Positions 8,839-16,461 of a stretch of DNA of 46,833 bases are shown here, piece by piece. The notes beneath the pieces are model-generated. The model searched no databases. It saw only the letters and a program-made list of their open reading frames with translations, and had not been told where the DNA came from. The position numbers were made by a program, and so were the translations under genes. This stretch comes from Polyangia bacterium. Lineage in GTDB: Bacteria; Myxococcota_A; Polyangia; Fen-1088. The stretch lies in contig DASRLC010000048.1 of assembly GCA_035648655.1 (NCBI GenBank), positions 1 to 46,833 of the forward strand. The letters are read 5' to 3'. Position 1 is the stretch's first letter, and every line of letters begins with the position of its first letter.

Positions 8839-9192
8839 ATGAGCGTCGACCGCAAATGCGAGCAAGGCCTGCCTGACGAAGACGACACCCTGCCACCCTA
8901 CGAGGAGATCACCCAGACCGATGCGGACTGCCATCGCCCACCCACATCCCCGATTCCCCGGCGCCGGGACGTTCATGTTCTAGATTTCAAGGACGGACGC
9001 AGCGCCGCCACAGTCACCCACGGGCCGCTCGATCCCTCGCGGCTCTGGGTGACCATCGAGAATCAAGAGGTGTACCTGCAACTGTCGTTCGAGGAAGGTA
9101 TCGCGCGCAAGCTCCTGGAACGCCTCCTAGTCGTGCTCGCGACATTCGGCGAGGTCCGCTCGACGCTCGACCACCGGGGGGGCTTGAGATGA
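8839..9192 (+). CDS. Hypothetical protein
   Basis: 117-aa ORF starting at an ATG preceded by GGAAGGAG. G/C is consistently high at the third codon position. The upstream part of the listed ORF 8332-9192 looks off-frame and low-complexity. Confidence 0.55.
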   Translation: MSVDRKCEQGLPDEDDTLPPYEEITQTDADCHRPPTSPIPRRRDVHVLDFKDGRSAATVTHGPLDPSRLWVTIENQEVYLQLSFEEGIARKLLERLLVVLATFGEVRSTLDHRGGLR

Positions 9193-9509
9193 GCACGTCC
9201 CCGATCACCGCCGGCCATCTATTCGCGGGCTTTTCTCAGCTCCCGGATCAGCTGTCGCGCGACTCGGCGAAACCCGGCGGGCGCCCTGCCATGTCCAACA
9301 CCACGAACAACAGCCAGCCGGATCCGACGATGGCCGCCTGCCGCGACCTGCTCGCCCGTGCTTTCGACGCCGGCATCTCAGCCGGCGAGCTCGAAATGCT
9401 CATTCGTGCCGAGGTCCGGCGCTCGCGGCGAGGCGCGCAGACCGAGCCGTGCTCCCACGCGCCGGGTCCGCTTTCCCCAGAGGCGATCGCGCAAGGGCTC
9501 GGACGGTGA
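9189..9509 (+). CDS. Hypothetical protein
   Basis: 106-aa ORF. Its start overlaps the previous stop codon (ATGA), and third-position G/C is high. Confidence 0.5.
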   Translation: MSTSPITAGHLFAGFSQLPDQLSRDSAKPGGRPAMSNTTNNSQPDPTMAACRDLLARAFDAGISAGELEMLIRAEVRRSRRGAQTEPCSHAPGPLSPEAIAQGLGR

Positions 9510-10268
9510 AGTGCGCTGGATCCAGCACTGGAAAGGTCGCGCGCAGAACGAGAGGCCTCCAGCCGCGGAAGGCATCCGGTGCAGGACGGGTCGCAAGACC
9601 GCGCGACGTCTTGCCTCCTGCACCGATCGTCGACGAGGACGGATATCCGCCGTGGCGGCCCTGCAGCGGGCCTCGAAAGGGCACGGCGTGCCCCTGGTCC
9701 GGATGGACGCGCAGCGAGCGCTGTCCTCGCTGTCGCTACGCGGCCAGCCTCTGAGTCCGATGCGCTCGCTCAGCTCCTCGGGCTATTCGGCTCGGGGTTG
9801 GATCACGCGGCCATCGCAATGGTGGTCCGTTGACGCCGCCGCAAAAGATGTCGACTGGCGCCGAAGGATCGCGAGCACTAACGACGCCGGCCGAGCAGGA
9901 CGGCCGAGGCCGTGACGATCGCCCAAGCGACGAGGTTGAGCGTTAGAAGGCCCATCACGGTGAGGCCCAGCGCTTCCAGATCCCAGAACGTCATGTTCGG
10001 CCCCGACGATCACGATAGCACCGTCGTCGTCGATGGGACCGGCCGTTGGTCGCCGAGTCAGCCCGGCCTGGCCGGAGCTCGAATCAGAGTCTTCACCGCT
10101 TCGGCCTCTTGGCATGTGTTGGCGGTCAGCGCTCTCTGCCCACGCGCCCCTTCACGAGTGCTCCCCCCGCTCCGCGCAAAGCCTTGTGCGCGGGGCCCCC
10201 CTCGCTCGGGGAGCTAGGTCGTTCGCTCCCTTTGGGTGACCGCCAACACCCACCAAGAGGCAACCACC

Positions 10269-10733
10269 ATGAAGACAAAACCCGATTCTCTCAGCTCCGG
10301 TCAGGACGCGGCGGATCTCCCGTATCGACCGGAGAGCAATCCTCCTCGGCCCTCATCCGCTCCGCGGCTTGCCGGGGCCAGCGACGTCTACGACCAGCTC
10401 GCTGACATCCGAGGCGCGGACCGAGAACACCTCGTGGTCCTGGAGCTCAACGTCCGCCATCGGCTCATCGACAAACGCGTCGTGGCCATCGGGACGCTGA
10501 CGGGCCTCGAGGCTCACCCGCGGGAGATCTTCAAGCACGCGATCATCAACTCGGCGGCGGCGATTATAATCGCCCACAATCATCCCAGTGGTGATTGCAC
10601 GCCGTCGACCGCGGACCTCGAGCTGACCGGACGGCTCCGCGAGGTCGGATCACTGGTCGGTATCCCTCTCCTCGACCACTTGGTGGTCGCCACAGCCGGC
10701 TACGTTTCGCTCGCCGAGCGTAACTGGCGGTGA
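10269..10733 (+). CDS. radC: RadC-like JAB/MPN domain protein
   Basis: JAMM motif AIIIAHNHPSGDCTPSTADLELT. AAGAGG lies upstream of the ATG at 10269. This is the short form with only the JAB domain, as commonly found on mobile elements. Confidence 0.85.
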   Translation: MKTKPDSLSSGQDAADLPYRPESNPPRPSSAPRLAGASDVYDQLADIRGADREHLVVLELNVRHRLIDKRVVAIGTLTGLEAHPREIFKHAIINSAAAIIIAHNHPSGDCTPSTADLELTGRLREVGSLVGIPLLDHLVVATAGYVSLAERNWR

Positions 10734-10943
10734 CACTAACGGCGCCGGCGCCGCCGGCGCCGCCGGCGACGGTCCAGTTGCACGAGGATGACGGCAGGGG
10801 AGGCGCTGCGCGCTTTCCAGACCGGCGCGCGATGGCGCCGAAGACCCCTCGCATCGCGCTCGGGGCGGCGACCCTGCGGGTCGAGTGACGTCTCGCTGGC
10901 GCGAGACGCTTCGACTGCGATCGGGCTGCACCCGCAGTCGGTC

Positions 10944-11147
10944 TTGGGATTCCTCCTGCGTCTGGCGTCGGGTCACGGGTCGCTCTGCTCGGCGCCCCGA
11001 GGCAAACCCGCTTCGCGGGCGCGTGCCTTGCCTTTTCGGCGCCCCCCGCCTGCTGCGGGTACCCCCCAAAAACGCAGCCCGCGACCTCGGGGAGCCGGCG
11101 GCTCGACCCCTTGAGTGACCCGACGCCAGACGCAGGAGGAATCCCAA
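10944..11147. repeat. Perfect 33-bp inverted repeat flanking a 138-bp segment
   Basis: Left arm 10944-10976 is TTGGGATTCCTCCTGCGTCTGGCGTCGGGTCAC. Right arm 11115-11147 is its exact reverse complement. The right arm contains the AGGAGG ribosome-binding site and ends at the ATG at 11148. Confidence 0.85.
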
Positions 11148-11513
11148 ATGACCAAGAACTGCAACGTCCCGCCCGCAGACGAGATCTTCTCGAGCGGCTC
11201 TTCGAGCCGACATCCAGACCCCCAAGGGCCCGTTCCGGCCCTCTCGCCCCCTCAAGGGGGGCGTTCACCGACCCGCCCCTCAACCTCCGCAGTATCCGGG
11301 GTCAAGCCGGGAAGCCGACCACTCCGACCGTTCCGCGCTGAGGCGTCGCAGGAGATTCGTAGCGCGATCCAAAGGCTGCGGGAGGCACGCCAGAAGCTCC
11401 GAAACGCTGGAGCGAAGCGAGCGGCCGCCGCGGTGGCGCGGGCTCTGAAATCCGCCGAAGGAGCCCTCCGACATTCCGATCGCATCGAGGACGTAGCAGG
11501 GGGTGCGTCGTGA
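11148..11513 (+). CDS. Hypothetical protein (Pro/Ser-rich N-terminus, helical C-terminus)
   Basis: ATG at 11148 preceded by AGGAGGAATCCCAA. It is the first gene of a translationally coupled string of four small genes plus the SprT-like gene. Confidence 0.5.
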   Translation: MTKNCNVPPADEIFSSGSSSRHPDPQGPVPALSPPQGGRSPTRPSTSAVSGVKPGSRPLRPFRAEASQEIRSAIQRLREARQKLRNAGAKRAAAAVARALKSAEGALRHSDRIEDVAGGAS

Positions 11514-11701
11514 GCCGCTCCCGGGTGGTCATCGAGCTGGAGCTAGAAGGGACCGAGGACGACGCGTTTCGGGTGATCGACAACCTTCTTGACGCTGGCG
11601 TGGTCCAGGACGCGATCAACGAGGCTGCCGGCGACCTGGGCCTGGCTCTGGTCGTTATGTCCGCGGTCAGCGTCTTGGTGCCCAAGAAGGGAGGCCGGTA
11701 G
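11510..11701 (+). CDS. Hypothetical small protein
   Basis: 63-aa ORF with a GTG start overlapping the preceding stop codon. The sequence is acidic and plausibly globular. Confidence 0.45.
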   Translation: MSRSRVVIELELEGTEDDAFRVIDNLLDAGVVQDAINEAAGDLGLALVVMSAVSVLVPKKGGR

Positions 11702-11703
11702 CG

Positions 11704-11973
11704 ATGCAGCGGACGGCAGAGGAGTTCGTGCATCAGCTCCCGGAAGGCCGTTGGTTCGTCGGTGATTTCCTGCGCACCGACGAGAAAGGGGAGACCGTCT
11801 ATCTCGTCGAGCTGGGAAGCCTGGCCGTGGGCGAGGAGCTGCCCCTAGCTGCGATCGTAACCCTGAGCCACCTGCCGACTTCTCGGCGGGTTCGGACCTA
11901 TCGGCAGAAGTCGAGCGCCAAGCGAGCGGCGCAGCGGATGATCGAAAGGGTTCTCGGAAAGGAGAGCCCATGA
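11704..11973 (+). CDS. Hypothetical protein
   Basis: 89-aa ORF starting 2 nt after the previous stop codon. Its own stop overlaps the next start (ATGA). Confidence 0.5.
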   Translation: MQRTAEEFVHQLPEGRWFVGDFLRTDEKGETVYLVELGSLAVGEELPLAAIVTLSHLPTSRRVRTYRQKSSAKRAAQRMIERVLGKESP

Positions 11974-12653
11974 CTGGCCCTGTTCTGTTTCGTACGAAAC
12001 AGATAGACTCGAAGGCGATGGAGGGGACTCGCAGCCCGACGAAAGTGCAGTTCACCGCCTACGAGCAGATGTTCGGTTTCTTCAACCGGCGGCTTTTCGG
12101 GGGCGGGTTGCCCGCCTGCCTCCTCAACTTCTCGCGCAAGGCGAAGACCTACGGTTTTTTCGCCCCCCAGCGCTGGAAGCACGAAGACGCCAAGGAGGTC
12201 CGGCACGAGATCTCCCTAAACCCCGCATCCCTGCGAACCCGCAAGCCGATCGACGTGGCTTCGACGCTCGTCCACGAGATGGTTCACCTCTGGCAGCAGG
12301 AGTGCGGACGCCCGAGCAGGACGGGCTACCACAACGCTGAATGGGCCGCCAAGATGGACGAGGTGGGCCTAACTCCCAGCTCGACGGCCGCCCCTGGTGG
12401 CGCGCGCGTCGGCCAGGCGGTTTCGCACTACATCGCGGCAGGCGGTCGGTTCGCGGAGGCCTTCGCGGCGATGCCCTCGAAGTTTCTTCTGCCCTGGTCG
12501 TGCGAGGAGCCGGAGGAGGGGCAGGGCAAAAAGCCGCCGAGCCGCAACAAGGTCAAGTACACCTGCAGCGGCTGCGCGACGAACGTCTGGGGCAAGCCGG
12601 GTCTGTCTGTGGTCTGTGGTGACTGCCAAGAGACCTTCGAGGAGGGCACTTGA
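11970..12653 (+). CDS. SprT-like zinc metalloprotease domain protein with C-terminal zinc ribbon
   Basis: LVHEMVHLWQ is the HExxH motif in a SprT-like context (NFSRKAKTYGFF...ISLNP). The C-terminus carries CSGC...CGDC. Confidence 0.85.
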   Translation: MTGPVLFRTKQIDSKAMEGTRSPTKVQFTAYEQMFGFFNRRLFGGGLPACLLNFSRKAKTYGFFAPQRWKHEDAKEVRHEISLNPASLRTRKPIDVASTLVHEMVHLWQQECGRPSRTGYHNAEWAAKMDEVGLTPSSTAAPGGARVGQAVSHYIAAGGRFAEAFAAMPSKFLLPWSCEEPEEGQGKKPPSRNKVKYTCSGCATNVWGKPGLSVVCGDCQETFEEGT

Positions 12654-12741
12654 TGAGCGGAGGTCGGGCGGCCGAAGGATCGCAGGATCCTGGCCCTCTG
12701 GTGAAATGTCATGGTTGCACAAAACCGCAAACCGTGTCACT

Positions 12742-13032
12742 ATGACAAGCAGGTTACGGGAGCCTCTTCGACCACCGGCCGCGAAGGCTTTACTGGGCGA
12801 AATCCTCGAGAAGGGGAGGGTGGATATCAGTCCGCACGCCTGGAAGGAGATGCAAGACGATGGGATCAGCGTTCAGGACGTATATCAGGTGCTCCGGGGC
12901 GGGATCGTCGAGCCGGCCGAGTTCACCAACCAGTCCTGGCGCTATCGCGTCCGGCAGGGGCGCCGGTTCGTGGTCGTGACCTTCCGCTCGGAGTCATGGA
13001 CCGTCGTCGTAACCGTCTGGAGGACGAAATGA
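12742..13032 (+). CDS. DUF4258-like putative toxin
   Basis: ISPHAWKEMQDDGISVQDVYQVLRGGIVEP...VVVTFRSESWTVVVTVW fits the DUF4258 pattern. The stop codon overlaps the next start (ATGA). ATG 12706 is an alternative start. Confidence 0.55.
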   Translation: MTSRLREPLRPPAAKALLGEILEKGRVDISPHAWKEMQDDGISVQDVYQVLRGGIVEPAEFTNQSWRYRVRQGRRFVVVTFRSESWTVVVTVWRTK

Positions 13033-13541
13033 ATCGCACGAAGAAGAACGCCGACAATCTCTGCGCCGACTGCGGAGGCCGCGTCGAGCACCGGATCGAG
13101 AACTACCGGCTGCCCCTGGTCGGCGAGTGGGGGGTGACCCTCGATCATGTGGAGACGACCTTCTGCGCGAGCTGCGGGGGCAGGGGGGTGTCGATCGACC
13201 GCATGGCTCCGCTCATGCGCGGGGTCGCTGCCGCGGTGGTGCGCAAGCGCGCGCGCCTGGCACCAGCGGAGGTAACGTTTCTGCGGAAGCATCTGGAATA
13301 CACGGGGGCGCGCCTGGCGAAGGCCCTCGGCGTCACGGGACCGACCGTCTCGCGCTGGGAGGGCGGACGGGAGCCGATCGGACCCTCGGCCGATCGGCTG
13401 CTGCGTGTCCTGGTGCTGATGCACGATGGGGAGACGGAGCGGTTCGATCCAGCGCAGTTCGAGGCTATTGAAAACGGGAGCGCTCCGTTACGATTGACTC
13501 TCCGCCGGGACTCACGTGGAAACTGGGCGGAGGCCGCCTGA
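13029..13541 (+). CDS. MqsA-like antitoxin (N-terminal zinc ribbon plus XRE-type HTH)
   Basis: CADCGG...CASCGG zinc ribbon, followed by the HTH LEYTGARLAKALGVTGPTVSRWEGG. Confidence 0.75.
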   Translation: MNRTKKNADNLCADCGGRVEHRIENYRLPLVGEWGVTLDHVETTFCASCGGRGVSIDRMAPLMRGVAAAVVRKRARLAPAEVTFLRKHLEYTGARLAKALGVTGPTVSRWEGGREPIGPSADRLLRVLVLMHDGETERFDPAQFEAIENGSAPLRLTLRRDSRGNWAEAA

Positions 13542-13578
13542 GTACCGGTTTCTTGGAGCTCCATCAGCGAGGTGAACC

Positions 13579-14079
13579 ATGGCCGATTCCGACAATCCTG
13601 GCTGGTACGATCCCGAGGACACCTTGCCCCCGCTTCCAGATGAACCCGAGGACTACGGCCCGTCGATCAGATCCGGAGGGGGAGATTTTCGTTTCAGTAG
13701 GACTACAGGTGGCGGCTGGTCTGACCCAAGCGGTGTCGCGATTAGGCTTCTGTCTGAAGAGGGTTACGCCGTCCATTTCAAAGTTGACCTACCGCTCGCG
13801 GCACGACTGGCCTATGAGCTGCGGTCGCACTTGGCCGCCGACAAACGGAACACTTTGTCGCCCGTCTTCGCTCCCCCGCAGTTACCGAGCTGTCCACCTG
13901 CCGCTCACGACATCCCGCTTGGGTTCGATGCGAGTGACGAGCCCCGGTTGGCGGTCAAGAAGGATGTGCACGACGATTGGTTTTTCGTGGGCCTCCGGAG
14001 CCGGCGCGCGTCGCTGAGCATTCAGATGCAGCAGGGCGTTGCGTTCCATGTGCACAGGTGGCTATCCGACGCTCTGTAG
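13579..14079 (+). CDS. Hypothetical protein
   Basis: 166-aa ORF with a protein-like composition. No recognisable motif. Confidence 0.5.
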   Translation: MADSDNPGWYDPEDTLPPLPDEPEDYGPSIRSGGGDFRFSRTTGGGWSDPSGVAIRLLSEEGYAVHFKVDLPLAARLAYELRSHLAADKRNTLSPVFAPPQLPSCPPAAHDIPLGFDASDEPRLAVKKDVHDDWFFVGLRSRRASLSIQMQQGVAFHVHRWLSDAL

Positions 14080-14118
14080 ACGCCACTGAAGCTCGACTGC
14101 CAAGCCCGAGACGGCCCG

Positions 14119-14451
14119 ATGTCAGATGTCGATCAGCCGTATCCGCGGTTAGCCACCGCTGCAGCGGCACTCGTCGCCGAAGCGCGCCGAGAGGGAAAGC
14201 ACGCACGCACCAGCCGGTACATCGGCGTCTCGTGGTCCGTAGCGACTGAACGGTGGCGCGCCCAGATTACCCACCTCTTCCGGAACATTCACCTGGGCCT
14301 GTTCAGGGACGAGCGCCGGGCAGCGGAGGCGTACGACGCCAAAGCGATCGTTCTGCGCGGTCGGCGTGCACAGATCAATTTTCATCCCTGCACGGGCGAT
14401 GTCGTCACAGGCCAGCGGCTCGGCGATTTCGCGCCAGACGCTGGCGCGTGA
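14119..14451 (+). CDS. AP2/ERF-like DNA-binding domain protein
   Basis: SRYIGVSWSVATERWRAQI...IHLGLFRDERRAAEAYDAKAIVLRGRRAQINF is a typical bacterial AP2-domain pattern. Confidence 0.7.
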   Translation: MSDVDQPYPRLATAAAALVAEARREGKHARTSRYIGVSWSVATERWRAQITHLFRNIHLGLFRDERRAAEAYDAKAIVLRGRRAQINFHPCTGDVVTGQRLGDFAPDAGA

Positions 14452-14626
14452 CGTGGTGCAGATTGACCCGTCGCCCAGACGAGTAGAAAATCAACTCCCA
14501 AACCCGTGGGATCGAGAACTCGGGCGTCGTGGCTACTGAGGCGTGATCCGACGAGCGTGCTCTCCGGCAATGGCGGTCAAGTGGGCTTTCTTCCGGTAAG
14601 CCGACCTGATAGGATTATGCGCAGTT

Positions 14627-14905
14627 ATGCCGCTGCGTTTCCGCCGTTCCCTCCGCCTCCTTCCTGGCGTGAGGCTGAACATCAGCAAGACCGGAACGAG
14701 CGTTTCTGTCGGTGGCCGCGGCGCCACGGCGAACTTTTCGAAGCGCGGAGTCTACGGCACCGTCGGCCTTCCTGGAACGGGAATCAGTGTGCGAGAGCGC
14801 TTGGACGCGCGCTCGCCCGCGAGGCGAAGGTCGGTGCGTCCTTGGTTGATCGGAGTTGGAGCTGTGGTTGCCGCCATCGTTTGGGCCATGCTGAGGGCGC
14901 AGTGA
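14627..14905 (+). CDS. DUF4236-like protein with C-terminal transmembrane helix
   Basis: MPLRFRRSLRLLPGVRLNISKTGTSVSVGGRG fits the DUF4236 signature. The hydrophobic tail is WLIGVGAVVAAIVWAML. Confidence 0.6.
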   Translation: MPLRFRRSLRLLPGVRLNISKTGTSVSVGGRGATANFSKRGVYGTVGLPGTGISVRERLDARSPARRRSVRPWLIGVGAVVAAIVWAMLRAQ

Positions 14906-14938
14906 TGTCGGCTACGGAGCCATCGGGAGATTTCGAGC

Positions 14939-15637
14939 ATGTCTGACCCTACCGAGCAGAAGCCGTTTGCAGATCCATCGCCTTTCGCAGCGGCCGAATT
15001 CGTGGACAATCCCGAGCCGCGGTGCCCTTGTATCCTGCTCGTGGACACGTCCGGCTCCATGGGTGGCGACCCGATCAACCAGTTGAATTCCGGGCTCGTT
15101 ACGTTCAAGGATGAACTGGTCGCGGACGGACTCGCAGCGAAGCGAGTCGAGGTGGCGGTCGTCGGCTTCGGCCCGGTTCGCGTCCTGTCCGACTTCCTCA
15201 CGCCCGACAATTTCCTACCACCGAGCCTTCTAGCCGAGGGCGACACACCGATTGGTGCCGCGATCATCCAGGCGCTCGACATGCTCGACCAGCGTAAGAA
15301 GTCCTACAAGGCCGGCGGGATCTCCTATTACAGGCCGTGGATATTCCTCATCACCGATGGTGCGCCGACGGACGCCTGGAACGAAGCCGCACGCCGTGTG
15401 CGCGAAGGTGAAGAAAAGAAGCAGTTCCAGTTCTTCGCGGTGGGCGTGCAGGGAGCGAATATGGACGTGCTCTCCAAGGTCTCGGTCAGGCAGCCGCTCA
15501 TGCTGAAGGCGCTCCGCTTCCGGGAGCTCTTTGCGTGGCTGAGCCAGTCATTGCAGAACGTGTCTCGCTCGCAGGTCGGCGAGCAGGTTCCGCTCGAAAA
15601 TCCCACGACCCCCAATGGCTGGGCCACGGTTGCTTAA
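14939..15637 (+). CDS. vWA-domain protein, TerY-like (TerY-P triad component)
   Basis: MIDAS motif [11 protein letters not shown]. Size is about 230 aa. A PP2C gene and a kinase gene follow immediately. Confidence 0.85.
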   Translation: MSDPTEQKPFADPSPFAAAEFVDNPEPRCPCILLVDTSGSMGGDPINQLNSGLVTFKDELVADGLAAKRVEVAVVGFGPVRVLSDFLTPDNFLPPSLLAEGDTPIGAAIIQALDMLDQRKKSYKAGGISYYRPWIFLITDGAPTDAWNEAARRVREGEEKKQFQFFAVGVQGANMDVLSKVSVRQPLMLKALRFRELFAWLSQSLQNVSRSQVGEQVPLENPTTPNGWATVA

Positions 15638-15642
15638 CCTGA

Positions 15643-16461
15643 ATGCCTGCGCCGAACGCGAGGCTCCGACCTTGGCGGTATGCCCTCGCCTCCGTGATGG
15701 GCACCTCGCATGTGAAGAGCGGCGATCCTTGTCAAGATGCCGGCGCGTGCGAAGTCGTTGATGGGCCAGACGGCAGCGACGTACTCATAGCAGTCGCGTG
15801 CGATGGTGCAGGGAGCGCGAAGCTTTCTCAAATTGGTTCCGCTGAAACCTGTCGCTTCACCGTACAGCGAATCAAGGAGCTGATGAAGAGCGGCCTTCCG
15901 GTCGTGGACATCACGCAAGAGGTGGCGACGCGGGTCGTTCTCGAGGCGCAGGACAACCTGCGTGCAACGGCCGAGAGCGCTGGGGCCACAGCTCGCGATC
16001 TCGCGTGCACCCTAGTGGCGGGGATCATTGCCCCTGACGCTGCGGCGTTCTTTCAGGTCGGCGACGGCGTCGCGATCGTGGGACAACGTGACGAGCCGGT
16101 CAATGAGTTCTGCTGGGTCTTCTGGCCGGAGCGCGGCGAGTACGCAAACACGACTACCTTCTTGAGCGAGGATCGGGTCGCGGAGCACCTTAAGTACGAC
16201 GTTGTTCGGCGCGGAATCGACGAAGTCGCTCTTCTGACCGATGGCATCCAGGCCCTGGTACTCGACTACAAGGGACATGCCGCTCACGCCCCTTTCTTCA
16301 GCCGCATGATGGCCCCACTCCGGGCGCGGCAAGATGCAGGCCACATAGGCAGCCTCAGCTCCGCGCTCGCCGTCTATCTTGACTCGCCTCCGATTAACGA
16401 TCGGACAGACGATGACAAGACACTTATTCTCGCGTGTCGGCGAACCACGGACGATGAATGA
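15643..16461 (+). CDS. PP2C-family Ser/Thr phosphatase (TerY-P triad component)
   Basis: GTSHVKSGDPCQDA...IAVACDGAGSAKLS fits the PP2C_2-type pattern. The gene starts 5 nt after the vWA stop codon. Confidence 0.8.
   Translation: MPAPNARLRPWRYALASVMGTSHVKSGDPCQDAGACEVVDGPDGSDVLIAVACDGAGSAKLSQIGSAETCRFTVQRIKELMKSGLPVVDITQEVATRVVLEAQDNLRATAESAGATARDLACTLVAGIIAPDAAAFFQVGDGVAIVGQRDEPVNEFCWVFWPERGEYANTTTFLSEDRVAEHLKYDVVRRGIDEVALLTDGIQALVLDYKGHAAHAPFFSRMMAPLRARQDAGHIGSLSSALAVYLDSPPINDRTDDDKTLILACRRTTDDE

Noticed and set aside
9511-9915. GTG-initiated frame directly after the 9189-9509 gene, with high third-position G/C
   Set aside because: The product is extremely Arg/Ser-rich with no motif, and two other frames in the same stretch have equally weak claims. 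It was left uncalled and is flagged in the findings as unresolved.
10105-10125. TGGCATGTGTTGGCG upstream of the RadC-like gene as a second sigma-54 promoter
   Set aside because: The GG and GC elements are not at the required spacing (9 nt, or CG at 10 nt), and the -12 region lacks TTGC.
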